In this document: positions 40,512 through 50,878 of the stretch, in pieces | How the letters are laid out: each line of letters starts with the position of its first letter | How positions within the stretch are numbered: the stretch's first letter is position 1 | NCBI GenBank assembly: GCA_049510745.1 | Contig: JBEKYR010000010.1 | Location: 64,001 to 128,000, forward strand | Origin: Verrucomicrobiota bacterium | GTDB taxonomy: Bacteria; Verrucomicrobiota; Verrucomicrobiia; Limisphaerales; Palsa-1400 | DNA length: 64,000 nt | Direction of reading: 5' to 3' | Notes under the pieces: model-generated | Databases searched by the model: none | What the model was told of the DNA's origin: nothing | What the model saw: the letters and a program-made list of their open reading frames with translations, nothing else | Program-made: the position numbers and the translations under genes

Positions 40512-42692
40512 ATGAGCACCAAAGTTGAATTCAAATACTCCGCGCTGTTTCGTCAGGCGCTGATCGACTCGTTCAAGAAGCTGCATCCGCGCGACGAGAT
40601 CAAAAACCTGGTGATGTTCGTCGTGTGGCTCGGCTCGATCTGGACGACGATCATTCTCTTCCTGCCGGGCCAGTTTAACCTGTTCAATGTCCAGATTTGT
40701 TTCTGGCTCTGGTTCACCTGCCTGTTCGCCAATTTCGCCGAGGCGATGGCGGAAGGCCGCGGCAAAGCCCATGCGGACGCCTTGCGCGCCCTGCGCACCA
40801 AAACCATGGCCCGCAAACTGGTCAGCGGCAAGGAAGTCTCCGTCAACGCCGTTGAACTGAAGCTTAACGACCGCTTTGTCTGCGAAGCGGGCGATTTCAT
40901 TCCCGCCGACGGCGAGATCGTCGAGGGCATCGCCACGGTGGATGAATCGGCCATCACCGGCGAATCCGCGCCGGTCGTCCGCGAAAGCGGCGGCGACCGC
41001 AGCGCCGTGACCGGCGGCACCAAAGTCATCAGCGACCGCATTGTCGTGCGCGTGACCGCCGAAGCGGGCAGTTCGTTTCTGGACCGGATGATTTCGATGA
41101 TTGAGGGAGCGCGGCGGCAGAAGACGCCCAATGAAATCGCCCTCAACATCGTGCTCGTCAGCCTGACCGCGCTTTTCATCGTGGTGGTTTTTGTGCTGCC
41201 GCCTTATGCCCATTACAATGAAAACGCCGCCGGCCAAAAGGGCGTCGTGCTCACTTCGATTCCTGTGTTGCTCTCGCTCATTGTCTGTCTGATTCCGACG
41301 ACCATTGGCGGATTGCTCAGCGCCATCGGCATCGCCGGCATTGACCGTTTGATGCGGCGCAACGTGCTGGCGACGAGCGGACGCGCGGTGGAAGCGGCGG
41401 GCGACGTGGACATTTTGCTCTTGGACAAAACCGGAACCATCACGCTGGGCAACCGGCAGGCGACGGAATTCATTCCCGCGCCGGGCGTCAAAGTGGAGGA
41501 CCTGGCGGATGCGGCGCAACTGGCGTCGCTGGCCGACGAAACGCCGGAAGGCCGTTCCATTGTCGCGCTGGCCAAGGACCGGTACGGCTTGCGCGGACGG
41601 GACATCGCGGAAACTTACGCGACGTTCATTTCGTTCACCGCGCAAACGCGCATGAGCGGCGTGGACCTTTACGACGAACGGCAGAACCCGCCGCCTGCCC
41701 AACGCACGCGCGAGATGGCCGTTGCCAAAGCGGGCGGAGGTGTTGCCCTGGCCGCGCCCCCGCAAGTGTCGTCGGATGCCAGGCCGATTCGGTGCATTCG
41801 CAAGGGCGCGGCCGAGTCGATTTCGAGCTTTGTGCGGGAAAACGGCGGCCGGGTTCATCCGAGTCTGATGGACAAAGTGGAGGAAATTTCGCGGCAGGGC
41901 GGAACGCCGTTGCTGGTGGCGGACCGCGGGCAGGCGCTGGGCGTCATCCAACTCAAGGACATCGTCAAAGGCGGCATCCGGGAACGGTTCGCCCAATTGC
42001 GCAAAATGGGCATCAAAACCATCATGGTGACCGGCGATAATCCGCTGACGGCCGCGGCCATCGCCGCCGAAGCCGGGGTGGACGATTTCATCGCGCAGGC
42101 CAAACCGGAGGACAAGCTGGCCCGCATCCGCAAGGAGCAGGAAGGCGGGAAATTGATCGCCATGATCGGCGACGGCACCAACGACGCGCCCGCGCTCGCC
42201 CAAGCCGACGTCGGGGTGGCCATGAACACCGGCACCCAGGCCGCGCGCGAAGCGGGCAACATGGTGGACCTGGACAGCAATCCCACCAAGCTCATCGAAG
42301 TCGTCGAAATCGGAAAACAACTGCTCATGACGCGCGGGGCGTTGACGACCTTCAGCATCGCCAACGACGTGTCGAAGTATTTTGCGATTCTGCCCGCGAT
42401 GTTCGGCCTGCTCTACGCCACGACCGCCGGTGGACGCGGCCCGCTGGACAAATTGAACATCATGTATCTGCACTCGCCGCAGAGCGCGATTCTGAGCGCG
42501 GTGATTTTCAACGCGCTCATCATTGTCGCGCTGATTCCGCTGGCCTTGCGCGGCGTCAAGTACAAGCCGCTCGGCGCCGCCGTGATTTTGCGCAACAACA
42601 TGCTCCTCTACGGCATCGGCGGCATTTTCATCCCGTTTGTTTTCATCAAACTCATCGACGTGTTGCTCGTCGCCCTTCACCTGGCCCCCTGA
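40512..42692 (+). CDS. kdpB: K+-transporting ATPase subunit B
   Basis: [50 protein letters not shown]. Confidence 0.98.
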   Translation: MSTKVEFKYSALFRQALIDSFKKLHPRDEIKNLVMFVVWLGSIWTTIILFLPGQFNLFNVQICFWLWFTCLFANFAEAMAEGRGKAHADALRALRTKTMARKLVSGKEVSVNAVELKLNDRFVCEAGDFIPADGEIVEGIATVDESAITGESAPVVRESGGDRSAVTGGTKVISDRIVVRVTAEAGSSFLDRMISMIEGARRQKTPNEIALNIVLVSLTALFIVVVFVLPPYAHYNENAAGQKGVVLTSIPVLLSLIVCLIPTTIGGLLSAIGIAGIDRLMRRNVLATSGRAVEAAGDVDILLLDKTGTITLGNRQATEFIPAPGVKVEDLADAAQLASLADETPEGRSIVALAKDRYGLRGRDIAETYATFISFTAQTRMSGVDLYDERQNPPPAQRTREMAVAKAGGGVALAAPPQVSSDARPIRCIRKGAAESISSFVRENGGRVHPSLMDKVEEISRQGGTPLLVADRGQALGVIQLKDIVKGGIRERFAQLRKMGIKTIMVTGDNPLTAAAIAAEAGVDDFIAQAKPEDKLARIRKEQEGGKLIAMIGDGTNDAPALAQADVGVAMNTGTQAAREAGNMVDLDSNPTKLIEVVEIGKQLLMTRGALTTFSIANDVSKYFAILPAMFGLLYATTAGGRGPLDKLNIMYLHSPQSAILSAVIFNALIIVALIPLALRGVKYKPLGAAVILRNNMLLYGIGGIFIPFVFIKLIDVLLVALHLAP

Positions 42693-42711
42693 ATAACTTG
42701 AAAGGAGATTT

Positions 42712-43329
42712 ATGATCAAGCTCATCATCCAAGGCATCCGCCAAACCCTCGTCTGGAGCCTGCTCGCAGGCGTGTTCTATCCGGTCGCCATCACCGTCAT
42801 CGCCCAACTGGCGTTCAAACACCAGGCCAACGGCAGTCTGGTGTACCGCGACGGCAAACTCGTCGGTTCCGCCCTTCTGGCGCAGCAATTCACCGGCACC
42901 AATTACTTCTGGCCGCGCCCGTCGGCCTGCACGTACGGCACCGGGCCGGGCGGCATTTCCGCCTCCAGCGGCAGCAACCTGGGGCCGACCAGCGGCGCGC
43001 AGCAGACCAACGTCGTCAATAATACCGCCGCCTTTCTCAGCGGCAACAACCTCCCCACCAACACCGTTGTGCCGGCGGACATGGTTTATGCCTCCGCCAG
43101 CGGCCTGGACCCGCATATCAGCCCGGAAGCGGCGCGGCTGCAAATCGCCCGCGTCGCCGCCGCGCGCGCCATGAAAGAAGAGGCCGTGAAGGAACTGGTG
43201 GAGAAATTTGTCGAGCCGCCGCAATGGGGATTCCTGGGACAACCGCGCGTGAACGTGCTGCTGCTGAACGTGGCGCTGGATCAGCTCGCCGCCCACAAGC
43301 CGGCCGGCAGCGCGGCCAAGAATGGATGA
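42712..43329 (+). CDS. kdpC: K+-transporting ATPase subunit C
   Basis: QANGSL, YFWPRPSA, SGSNLGP, SASGLDPHIS, VNVLLLN. Confidence 0.96.
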   Translation: MIKLIIQGIRQTLVWSLLAGVFYPVAITVIAQLAFKHQANGSLVYRDGKLVGSALLAQQFTGTNYFWPRPSACTYGTGPGGISASSGSNLGPTSGAQQTNVVNNTAAFLSGNNLPTNTVVPADMVYASASGLDPHISPEAARLQIARVAAARAMKEEAVKELVEKFVEPPQWGFLGQPRVNVLLLNVALDQLAAHKPAGSAAKNG

Positions 43330-44078
43330 GCCACCGCGCCGTGAGGCTCAGACCGACTGCGTTAATCGTTGACGGCGAACAGGGTATCCGGCGCTTGGCG
43401 CGCCTAGTGCTGGAGCAGGAACGCTACAAAGTGGTCGAAGCGGACAGCGGCCAGACCGGGCTGGTGGCCGCAGTGGAGCACCAGCCGGATGTCATTATTC
43501 TTGATTTGGATTTGCCGGACATGGACGGACTGGCCGTGCTTCGACGTTTTCGTGAATGGAGCCGAAATCCCGTCCTGATCCTTTCCGAGCGCGGTGGCAC
43601 GGCCGACAAGATCAACGCATTTAACAACGGCGCCGACGACTATCTGACCAAACCATTCGACACCGCCGAGTTGCTGGCGCGCCTGCAGGTGGCCCTGCGA
43701 CATGCGCAGCCCGCCACCGAGGAAACCATCTTTAGAAGCGGGCCTCTGACGGTGGACTTGGCCTCGCGCAGCGTCAAGGTGAACGGCAAACCGGTCAAGC
43801 TCACCGGCACAGAGTACGCCCTGCTCCGCCTCTTTGTCCGCAATGCCGGCAAGGTGCTCACACATCCTCAAATCATGGAAGCCGTCTGGGGGCCTGGGCA
43901 TCGTGAAAAAACCCACTATCTTCACGTCTATATGACTTATTTGCGCGAGAAAATCGAAGCCGTCCCCGCCAAGCCGGAATTACTGCTGACCGAGGCAAGG
44001 GTCGGGTACCGATTGAAGATGGACTCTTCCGTCCAGCCTGGCAGTGAGCGCACCGAACCCAAAGGCACCATGAACTGA
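43326..44078 (+). CDS. kdpE: KdpE response regulator (canonical Asp)
   Basis: PDVIILDLDLPDMDG, GADDYLTKPF, NAGKVLTH, HYLHVYMTYLREKIE. Confidence 0.9.
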   Translation: MSHRAVRLRPTALIVDGEQGIRRLARLVLEQERYKVVEADSGQTGLVAAVEHQPDVIILDLDLPDMDGLAVLRRFREWSRNPVLILSERGGTADKINAFNNGADDYLTKPFDTAELLARLQVALRHAQPATEETIFRSGPLTVDLASRSVKVNGKPVKLTGTEYALLRLFVRNAGKVLTHPQIMEAVWGPGHREKTHYLHVYMTYLREKIEAVPAKPELLLTEARVGYRLKMDSSVQPGSERTEPKGTMN

Positions 44079-44121
44079 ACGTGATCGGCGAAACGCGCCG
44101 CCGTCGGATTCTTCTCATTCT

Positions 44122-44775
44122 ATGAAATACAAAGCTGTCCTGATCCTACAGGTGCTGGTCGTTCTCGGATTGGGCGCGGCTTGGATTGTGCTTGAACACA
44201 GATCCGATGAACAACAGCGGATGGCCGCCAGCCAGGCCAGACGCGAGGCCGCCGCCGCTCAACTGGCCAAGGTCGAGGCCGACGCCAAAACCAATGCTGA
44301 AGCCACCGCGGCTCAAGTGGCCCGGCTTGACCAACAAATACAGGACCTCGAAGCCCACCACCAGAATCTCGACACACAATCCGCCGACCTGCACAATTCG
44401 ATTACGGAGCTCGATGCCCAAATCAAAGACATCAAGAGGAAACTGGCCGGTGCCATCGGTGACCGGGAATTGCTGGCCAATGAATTGAAACAGCTTCAGG
44501 CGAAAAAGGCCGCATTGGAAAAGGACTTTAATGACCTGGCCACAGTGCGCAAGCAACTCCGCAAAGTCAAAGCCGAGATCGTCGCCGCCCGCCAACGCGA
44601 TTGGATTCGTCGCGGCGTCTATGCCAGTTTTAATCAAAAAGGGGGCGAGAGATTGGTTCATCCCGTCGTCGTGCTGCCGCCCAACACCAATTCCACCTGG
44701 AACGTCGAACTCCAGCACGGTGGCAGCGTCACAGACACAACGCCGGACTCGGCCAACGCGCCGGCCCCGCAGTAA
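44122..44775 (+). CDS. Membrane-anchored coiled-coil protein
   Basis: N-terminal TM followed by long heptad repeats. Confidence 0.75.
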   Translation: MKYKAVLILQVLVVLGLGAAWIVLEHRSDEQQRMAASQARREAAAAQLAKVEADAKTNAEATAAQVARLDQQIQDLEAHHQNLDTQSADLHNSITELDAQIKDIKRKLAGAIGDRELLANELKQLQAKKAALEKDFNDLATVRKQLRKVKAEIVAARQRDWIRRGVYASFNQKGGERLVHPVVVLPPNTNSTWNVELQHGGSVTDTTPDSANAPAPQ

Positions 44776-44783
44776 AAGGAAAA

Positions 44784-45296
44784 ATGATCATGCCCGACCA
44801 AGTCGATCTCAAAACAGCCCTTCTTCAACCTCTTGAAACCGCCGTCGTTCCCGCCACCACCACGCCGGTCGTCATCCGGGATTTCTTCAAAAAGAACACC
44901 CGGGTGAAATTCTCCACAATTTTTGGCGAATTCAAGACCCGGTTCTTCGACAAAACCGAAAACCCGGCTGCCCAAGTGGCCTACCGCAAATACAAGCTGC
45001 TGCACATCTCGCCAGACGGCCCCATTATTGCGGAACTCGGCGGCGAAGCCAAAGTCGAAGGGACGGTTACTGCGGCCCTGGCCCTCCTTCAACGCCAGGG
45101 AGACGGGGAGGCGGGGTTTCTACAGACCAACGGCTATGCCAATATCTTCTACGCCAAGGATAAAAAGGGCGTGCTCTGCGCGATTCGCATCGGTTGGGCC
45201 GACGGCGGCTGGGTCATCGATGCCATTTCGGTGCAGGACCCCCTGGCGTGGAACGGCCAACACGAAATCTTCTGTCCAGTTTCAGTCGCTGGCTAG
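44784..45296 (+). CDS. Hypothetical protein
   Basis: 170-aa ORF with AAGGA RBS, co-oriented with the upstream gene; NGYANIFY...W motif. Confidence 0.7.
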   Translation: MIMPDQVDLKTALLQPLETAVVPATTTPVVIRDFFKKNTRVKFSTIFGEFKTRFFDKTENPAAQVAYRKYKLLHISPDGPIIAELGGEAKVEGTVTAALALLQRQGDGEAGFLQTNGYANIFYAKDKKGVLCAIRIGWADGGWVIDAISVQDPLAWNGQHEIFCPVSVAG

Positions 45297-45311
45297 ACCT
45301 GGATCCGATAT

Positions 45312-45600
45312 TTATCTACGCTGGCCGGAGAATTGGGGGCTGGAAAGTCTGTAGCTGAAAAGGCCTTCGAGGACCAGTTGTCCAGCCGGCTCATCAATGG
45401 TGACGCTGGCGAACTGCGAAAGCAAGCCAGCCCCCAACAGTCCTGCTTCTCCCGCCAGCAGCTTCTCTGGATGCAGTCCGGTCGCGATGTTCTTGAGCGT
45501 GAGGCGGCCAAGGCGCACGGATTGGGTGTTTTGCCGGATTAAAACGCTGCTGACGCCCACTGCGAGTTCCTGGGAGGAGCACTCGCCGGCAGCAGCCCGT
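45312..45600 (-). pseudogene. C-terminal fragment of a retropepsin-like aspartyl protease
   Basis: SVRLGRLTLKNI...AGLLGAGLLSQFASVTIDEPAGQLVL matches the GxLG/D-x4-L end of retropepsins; no DTG-bearing N-terminus. Confidence 0.6.
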
Positions 45601-45950
45601 TCACGGGCCGAACAGTTTCGCCATCGTCTTCAAAATCACGTTGAAGAGTTCTTGATTTGATAAAACTGATGACTTGGCGCCGGAGTCCAGATCCGCCTGC
45701 CTTGCCGGTGTGTCCACTCAGCATCGGAATTCTTTTTCTCGCGGCGGCGGTTTCAGCAGCCCCCTACACGCTTGCGGTTTTGCCGTCCAGGCCGGCTGTT
45801 CCGGCCCCGTTGCCAGCCGACACCGTGCCGATGGGCGATCCGGCGAGTTTTCCAGAGACGAACATGGCCGTCGTCTTTAAGATCTCGTTGAACAACAATT
45901 GAGATCGCCATTCGCAAGCGAGACATAATGGCTCTATGTTCATCAAAGAG

Positions 45951-45980
45951 ACGAGGGTTCGATTCCCTTCACCCGCTCCA
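45951..45980 (+). other. 3' fragment of tRNA-Gly (T-arm, acceptor strand, CCA): att site
   Basis: ACGAGGGTTCGATTCCCTTCACCCGCTCCA; no pairing 5' GCGGGTG strand upstream; integrase starts 66 nt downstream. Confidence 0.85.
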
Positions 45981-46045
45981 ACAACCACAAGGACTTACGC
46001 ATATTTCCTCGATTTTAGTGTCAGTTTAGTGCCAAACTTTCAATT

Positions 46046-47410
46046 ATGGCAGCAACCATGCAACAGCCGAAGGGAACCCGTCGCAAACCGGCAAGGCGCC
46101 CTTCATTCGATGTAAAGCGAGATTCCGTGCGGGTGCATGTGCGCTTCAGCCCGCAGAAAATCGGTCGTTACTGGTACGAATCTTGGATCGTCGAATATTC
46201 CTTCCGCGGTGAGCGGATTCGCGAACGATGCAGCACCGAGCGAAAGGCAAAGGCGTGCGCCGACGCAGCCGCCACCAAGCTGGCCCATGGCGACATGCAA
46301 GCCTTGGAACTCCGGGGTGAGGACCGTCGCATTTATCTGGCGGCCGTGGCCCAGTTGGAGGGTTTGCAGATCCGGTTGGATGTGGCCGCCCGCGAATATG
46401 CGGAAGCCAAACGGATCGCCAAAAACGCCGACCTTCGGAACGTGGCCGGCTTTTACCAGAAGTATGCGCGCACCAAACTCAAGCCCGTTACCGTTCCCGA
46501 GTTGGTTAAAGAAATGATCACGAATCTGGAGTTGGACAAGCGTGGCGATTATCACGTTCGGGATTTGGAAGTTCGCCTGGGCCGATTTGCCACAGATTTT
46601 CCCTGCCAGATCACCGACATCGTCACGGACCAAATCGAAAACTGGCTGCGAGGGTTGAAATCGCTGGCCAAGGGTGCTCGCCGGGGAGGGGCGCTCAAGG
46701 GCCGGTCACGGAACAATTACCGGAATGCCATTGTCGAATTATTCAACTACGCCAAGAAGCACGGATACCTGCCCAAAGACTTATCCACCGAAGCCTCCAG
46801 CGTCAACCGCGTCTCGGAAGCAGACAAACGGGAGAATGAGATTTTCCTGCCGAAACAGATTGACGAACTCCTGTCGCTCGCGCCACTGCACTTGATCCCT
46901 TCCATGGCGATCAAAGCGTTCAGTGGGGTGCGAACAGAAGAAATCGCATTTATGGAATGGAAACACGTCCACTTCCGGCGAGGCAAGGGATACATTATTC
47001 TTCCCAAATCAATCACGAAGAAAAGGCGCCGCCGTATCATGCCGATCCTGCCGAATCTCCGAAAATGGATTGATCCCTTCGAAGGTTTAACAGGGCGGAT
47101 CTGTGCGCAGTGGTCAACGCCGCAGGGCGTGTTTCAGGCATGGGATCGTTTTGCCAAGAAGCGGAATATCCCTGCGGGTGCAAACCGGTTTCGCAACAGC
47201 TACATCTCCTACCGGGTCGCACAAACCTCTGACTCCAAGAAGGTCGCGCTGGAAACCGGCAATTCGGAGGAGGTGATCATGGAGGATTATCTGGAATTGA
47301 CGACACCCGAAGACGCGGCGCGATGGTTTAAGACAAGCCCATCGGTAAAACGGATTGCGGCTTTGACAGTTTATGCCAGTAAACTAAAGCGGGCGCAGGC
47401 GTCCGACTGA
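46046..47410 (+). CDS. Tyrosine recombinase/integrase
   Basis: SRNNYRNAIVELF core-binding region, FSGVRTEEI (R), NRFRNSYISY, ETGNSEEVIMEDY (Y). Confidence 0.9.
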   Translation: MAATMQQPKGTRRKPARRPSFDVKRDSVRVHVRFSPQKIGRYWYESWIVEYSFRGERIRERCSTERKAKACADAAATKLAHGDMQALELRGEDRRIYLAAVAQLEGLQIRLDVAAREYAEAKRIAKNADLRNVAGFYQKYARTKLKPVTVPELVKEMITNLELDKRGDYHVRDLEVRLGRFATDFPCQITDIVTDQIENWLRGLKSLAKGARRGGALKGRSRNNYRNAIVELFNYAKKHGYLPKDLSTEASSVNRVSEADKRENEIFLPKQIDELLSLAPLHLIPSMAIKAFSGVRTEEIAFMEWKHVHFRRGKGYIILPKSITKKRRRRIMPILPNLRKWIDPFEGLTGRICAQWSTPQGVFQAWDRFAKKRNIPAGANRFRNSYISYRVAQTSDSKKVALETGNSEEVIMEDYLELTTPEDAARWFKTSPSVKRIAALTVYASKLKRAQASD

Positions 47411-47494
47411 CCTGCATCGTTTTTCTCCATCCGGCGGATTTCATTTCCCGAGTACAAATAACCTGGCCACTTTCGGACCCCTCTAATTTGCAAA

Positions 47495-47575
47495 CATGTC
47501 GTCACCACCACCCAAAATCAAGCCCTTAATGCAGTCGTCTTTTTCTGCAAGGAGGCCCTCGCCTTCGATCTATAA
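47495..47575 (+). pseudogene. Fragment of an integron-integrase-like N-terminal SAM domain
   Basis: Hand translation HVVTTTQNQALNAVVFFCKEALAFDL* resembles the IntI motif STQNQALxALLFLY. Confidence 0.6.
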
Positions 47576-47837
47576 AACAGCCACGTTTTGGGGGCCAGCC
47601 CAGGGTCATTCCCGGCTCTCGCGGTGGCCAGGGCCATCTCACGGCTACGTTAGCGGCCTCCACAAATGTGCGACCGCTCCCCTCCGGGCCTTTCCGGCTG
47701 AGTGACCGACATCGCGGCCCCCGCGTGCCCGGTTGCCGGACCGCTCAAGCAGCAAGTTTGTGCCGAAGGCGAATTGGGGGAGAAGATTGTTGGTGCATAA
47801 ACTTGGCCAAGGCCAATGCCCCTATCTCCTCTTGGAT

Positions 47838-48692
47838 CTATCGAAGTTCGACATCTCTGATGCCCGCACATTTCGTCTCCGCAAACGTCGAGCAACCCCA
47901 AAACTCTCGGCCGGCGTGTTGCCCCGTCCTGGCCCGTCGCAGCACCATGTCGCTGCCACAGCGCGGGAATTTTGGCCGCGCCGGAGCAGTGTCAGGCAGC
48001 GATATTTGAGTCGGCATTGAAGTCGTGGATTCAGATGGAGCTGAAGCCTGCTTCATCATTGATTGAACCCGCCGTAACATTTCCGCCAGTTGTGCGCCAT
48101 CCACAAGTTCGATTGGTTTGCCCTGGGCGAATCGTACAGCCTCGTCGGTGCAAATGCCACTGGTGATAAAAATGGCCCGGTCGGCTTTTTCCGCCGCCAT
48201 TACCCCGAAAAGCTCCCTGACCGGCTTGACACCGACCTGGTAGGTTTTCCACCGTTTACACTGGACGATGGAAGTCATGCCGTCGCGTTGAAGTCGGAGG
48301 TCAACACCGCCGTCCGGGCCGCCTCCGCCGGTTTCTGCCACCCGATACCCGTGATGCCGATGTACCTCGGCAACCTGCCGTTCAAAGTCTTGCCAACTGA
48401 GCCTGTTCAGCCAGTCGATGTCCAGATGTTGCCGTAGGAAGGCAACCCTTTGCTGGCGGAGCTTCCAGCCAGCCACACCGGCAGCGAGGCTGACAATGGC
48501 AGCAAGGGCACTCAGCAGGGCCCCGAGCATCTGAACGCTCGGAATATTGATGGCGCGCTGGAACCAAATCACAGGGATGAAGAAGACTGCCATGGCAACC
48601 GGGATGCACCATGCCGGATGAACCACGGAAAACAGCCAGCGCAGGATTTCAAAAAGATCGTCCCACAAATCAGTTCTGCGTCGTCGAGACAT
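47838..48692 (-). CDS. Mrr-like restriction endonuclease with N-terminal TMs and topoisomerase-type C4 zinc ribbon
   Basis: LSWQDFE, GPDGGVDL, VQCKRW, ELVDG; C-terminal (F)PRCGSDMVLR...FWGCSTF...C. Confidence 0.88.
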   Translation of the reverse strand: MSRRRRTDLWDDLFEILRWLFSVVHPAWCIPVAMAVFFIPVIWFQRAINIPSVQMLGALLSALAAIVSLAAGVAGWKLRQQRVAFLRQHLDIDWLNRLSWQDFERQVAEVHRHHGYRVAETGGGGPDGGVDLRLQRDGMTSIVQCKRWKTYQVGVKPVRELFGVMAAEKADRAIFITSGICTDEAVRFAQGKPIELVDGAQLAEMLRRVQSMMKQASAPSESTTSMPTQISLPDTAPARPKFPRCGSDMVLRRARTGQHAGREFWGCSTFAETKCAGIRDVELR

Positions 48693-48813
48693 TTGGTCAG
48701 CCTCTCGATTCTTGCTCCCATGTTATTAACGGGTAGGTTGAAAGGGGCGCGCTCAATTCACAATGCCGCAGCTCTTACTCCTTGGTTCTGACCGCCAGTT
48801 TAATTGTCGGCCC

Positions 48814-48905
48814 TTTGGTTTTTGAAACCAAATCACATGGAATTCTTCAGTTTTAAAGCAAGTCATGTGCCACCGCAGCACATGAATATGGTTTCAAAAA
48901 CCAAA
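48814..48905. repeat. Perfect 17-bp inverted repeat of a self-palindromic site
   Basis: TTTGGTTTTTGAAACCA (48814-30) and TGGTTTCAAAAACCAAA (48889-905); inner CATGTGC/GCACATG stem. Confidence 0.75.
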
Positions 48906-49056
48906 TTTCCAGCGGTTACATTGGCCGCCAAGACCAAAGATTGAGAGGCTCGGTTACCACACCAGCCGGGATGACTTATGCATTCGCCGCTCCGGCCAGC
49001 GCACGCCGTCGGAGTCTTCATCCGAAATTTCCGTCATCTCCGCCTTCCTCCTCGCC

Positions 49057-49980
49057 TCAATCATCTTCGTTGCGCATATTCCTGATTTTTCCGCACTTTT
49101 CCAGCCACCGGTATGCGGTGCTGAGTGAAATCTCAACGTGCCGGTTTTTATTGAACCAGCCGACCGCCTTGGGGCCCGTGTCCGCCTCGCCGCTTTCGAA
49201 TGCCGCCTTCAGGGCATCAAACACCCCGGGTTGCCACAATTCTGATTTAATCGACGTGGCGGTGAAAAGATTCAAGTCGCCCTCCACCTCGCGATATCGT
49301 TCCACCCAGCGGTACAGCGATTTTACCGGGCAGCCCAAGGCCTCAGCGATGTTTTTGATCTCATAATCAGGATTCACGTCCCCGCCGCGCCCTTCCTCCA
49401 AGGCCCGGCTGCGCTCGTCCAGCCACAGAATTGCGTCCAATCTCTTCTCAACCTCCAGAAATGGCGACTTGTCACGCGCCTCTTGCCACGCTTTCGGGTC
49501 GTCTAATTGGAGGGCCAGCACGCTCTCCGTGTTATGGTTCGCATGCGTTTCTTCTTTGCTACCGGGATCGTGCCGCGGACAGGCGAACCCTAGCCGGCGG
49601 CGCCAATAGTAAATGTTGCATTTCCTCAGCCCAATCCCCTTTTGGGCCAGCCAAGCCTGCACTTCACTCGCTGTCATGTTGGCGGCAAATTGCTTCTTGA
49701 GGCCGGCCAGGATTTCACCTTCGATGGCAGTTTTTTTGCCGCCGCCGTGGCGGCGTCTTAAAAGGCCGGTTAGGCCTTCTTGGTTTAGATGTCGCATCCA
49801 AGTGAAGAAATGTTGGCGGCTGATGCCAACGCGCTGGGCGATTTGGGCGGCGTTGAGTTGCCTCTCCAACGCAAGACGAACGGCGGCGAGCTTTTTGGAC
49901 TGCAAGGGCATCGCGTGGAGATCTGCGCTCTCGATGTCCTCCAGCCTTAATCCCCTCGGTAAACGAATTCGTCGTGTCAT
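49057..49980 (-). CDS. DNA-binding protein with two tandem IS630-type HTH + winged-HTH modules, no DDE domain
   Basis: AQIAQRVGISRQHFFTW...GLTGL...NIYYWRRRLG, repeated as KNIAEALGCPVKSLYRWV...ISLSTAYRWL. Confidence 0.7.
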   Translation of the reverse strand: MTRRIRLPRGLRLEDIESADLHAMPLQSKKLAAVRLALERQLNAAQIAQRVGISRQHFFTWMRHLNQEGLTGLLRRRHGGGKKTAIEGEILAGLKKQFAANMTASEVQAWLAQKGIGLRKCNIYYWRRRLGFACPRHDPGSKEETHANHNTESVLALQLDDPKAWQEARDKSPFLEVEKRLDAILWLDERSRALEEGRGGDVNPDYEIKNIAEALGCPVKSLYRWVERYREVEGDLNLFTATSIKSELWQPGVFDALKAAFESGEADTGPKAVGWFNKNRHVEISLSTAYRWLEKCGKIRNMRNEDD

Positions 49981-50103
49981 AACCTATCTTAACCCCCGCG
50001 CCGTAAAAATCAACATACGAACTATAATATTTCTATATGTGTCATTAAAAGACAATACACCCATAAACAAGATAATGAAAGCACGGACTCATTGTCCGGC
50101 TTT

Positions 50104-50406
50104 ATGCGCAAGAACCGCCAAAGTTACAGGTCGAAGGCCCGGAAAGGGCGGGCACTTCTCCAGCCGGGAGGATCCGACAGCATTGCACTTGAACCGCAAT
50201 TGCTGAAAACGCGCCACCAAATGGCGGCACGGTACCAGGTCAGCGTGCGCACGATCGGTTATTGGGTGCAAGACGGAACGCTTCCGGTGTACCAACGCGG
50301 CGCGGTCGTGCGATTCAATCCCCACGAGTGTGACGAGGCGCTGAAAGCATTCCGTCGCAAGTCCCGCTGGGAGGCATCTGCCGAGGAAGAGGGCGGCAGC
50401 GTATGA
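50104..50406 (+). CDS. Excisionase-like (MerR/HTH_17) protein
   Basis: LKTRHQMAARYQVSVRTIGYWVQDGTLP...VVRFN; divergent from the HTH gene. Confidence 0.75.
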   Translation: MRKNRQSYRSKARKGRALLQPGGSDSIALEPQLLKTRHQMAARYQVSVRTIGYWVQDGTLPVYQRGAVVRFNPHECDEALKAFRRKSRWEASAEEEGGSV

Positions 50407-50878
50407 ATCCCGCCTGTCCAGACCATCCACTTCCGCCCGCCATGGGCTGGTACGCCTTCGGTGCCGCAGCCGCCATCAGAGCCATGTCCACCCCTGTCGG
50501 CCATGTCCATGGTACGGAGGGCCATGGTGCCGCTGTCGGCGGTGTTGAGGGCCACGGCGGCGATGGCTGCGGCACCCATGGAGCCGAGGCGGGGTCTTGG
50601 GTGCAATCTTCCCGCTGCGGGAAGGTTTCATGGGTGTGCTCGCGGTTAAACCCCAAGATCAGTCTAAAGTGGAAGGGAGACCCCATACCCGAGCCGAGAG
50701 CGGGACTTGCAGCAAACCCAGTCGATAAAGCAAGGCGGCTCCCCGAACCGGAAAGGATAATCGCCGCGGGTGCCCATTGTACGTAGTTGCAGAATGTTAC
50801 TACGCCCAGATGTAATAACAATCTGCAGCAGTCTGGCATCCTTACGATTAAGAACTGGGCGAAACAAGAGTTCGCATT

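Noticed and set aside
45907..45980. Intact tRNA-Gly
   Set aside because: No 5' acceptor strand, D-arm or anticodon arm can be folded; only the 3' 30 nt match
47180..47295. Integrase inactive because HxxR and the second His read NRFR and GN
   Set aside because: Both Arg residues and the Tyr are present, and His positions vary among tyrosine recombinases; inactivity is not supported
50403..50786. 127-aa Gly/His-rich ORF as a real protein
   Set aside because: Composition is explained by GCCATG repeats and hairpins; no motif recognised
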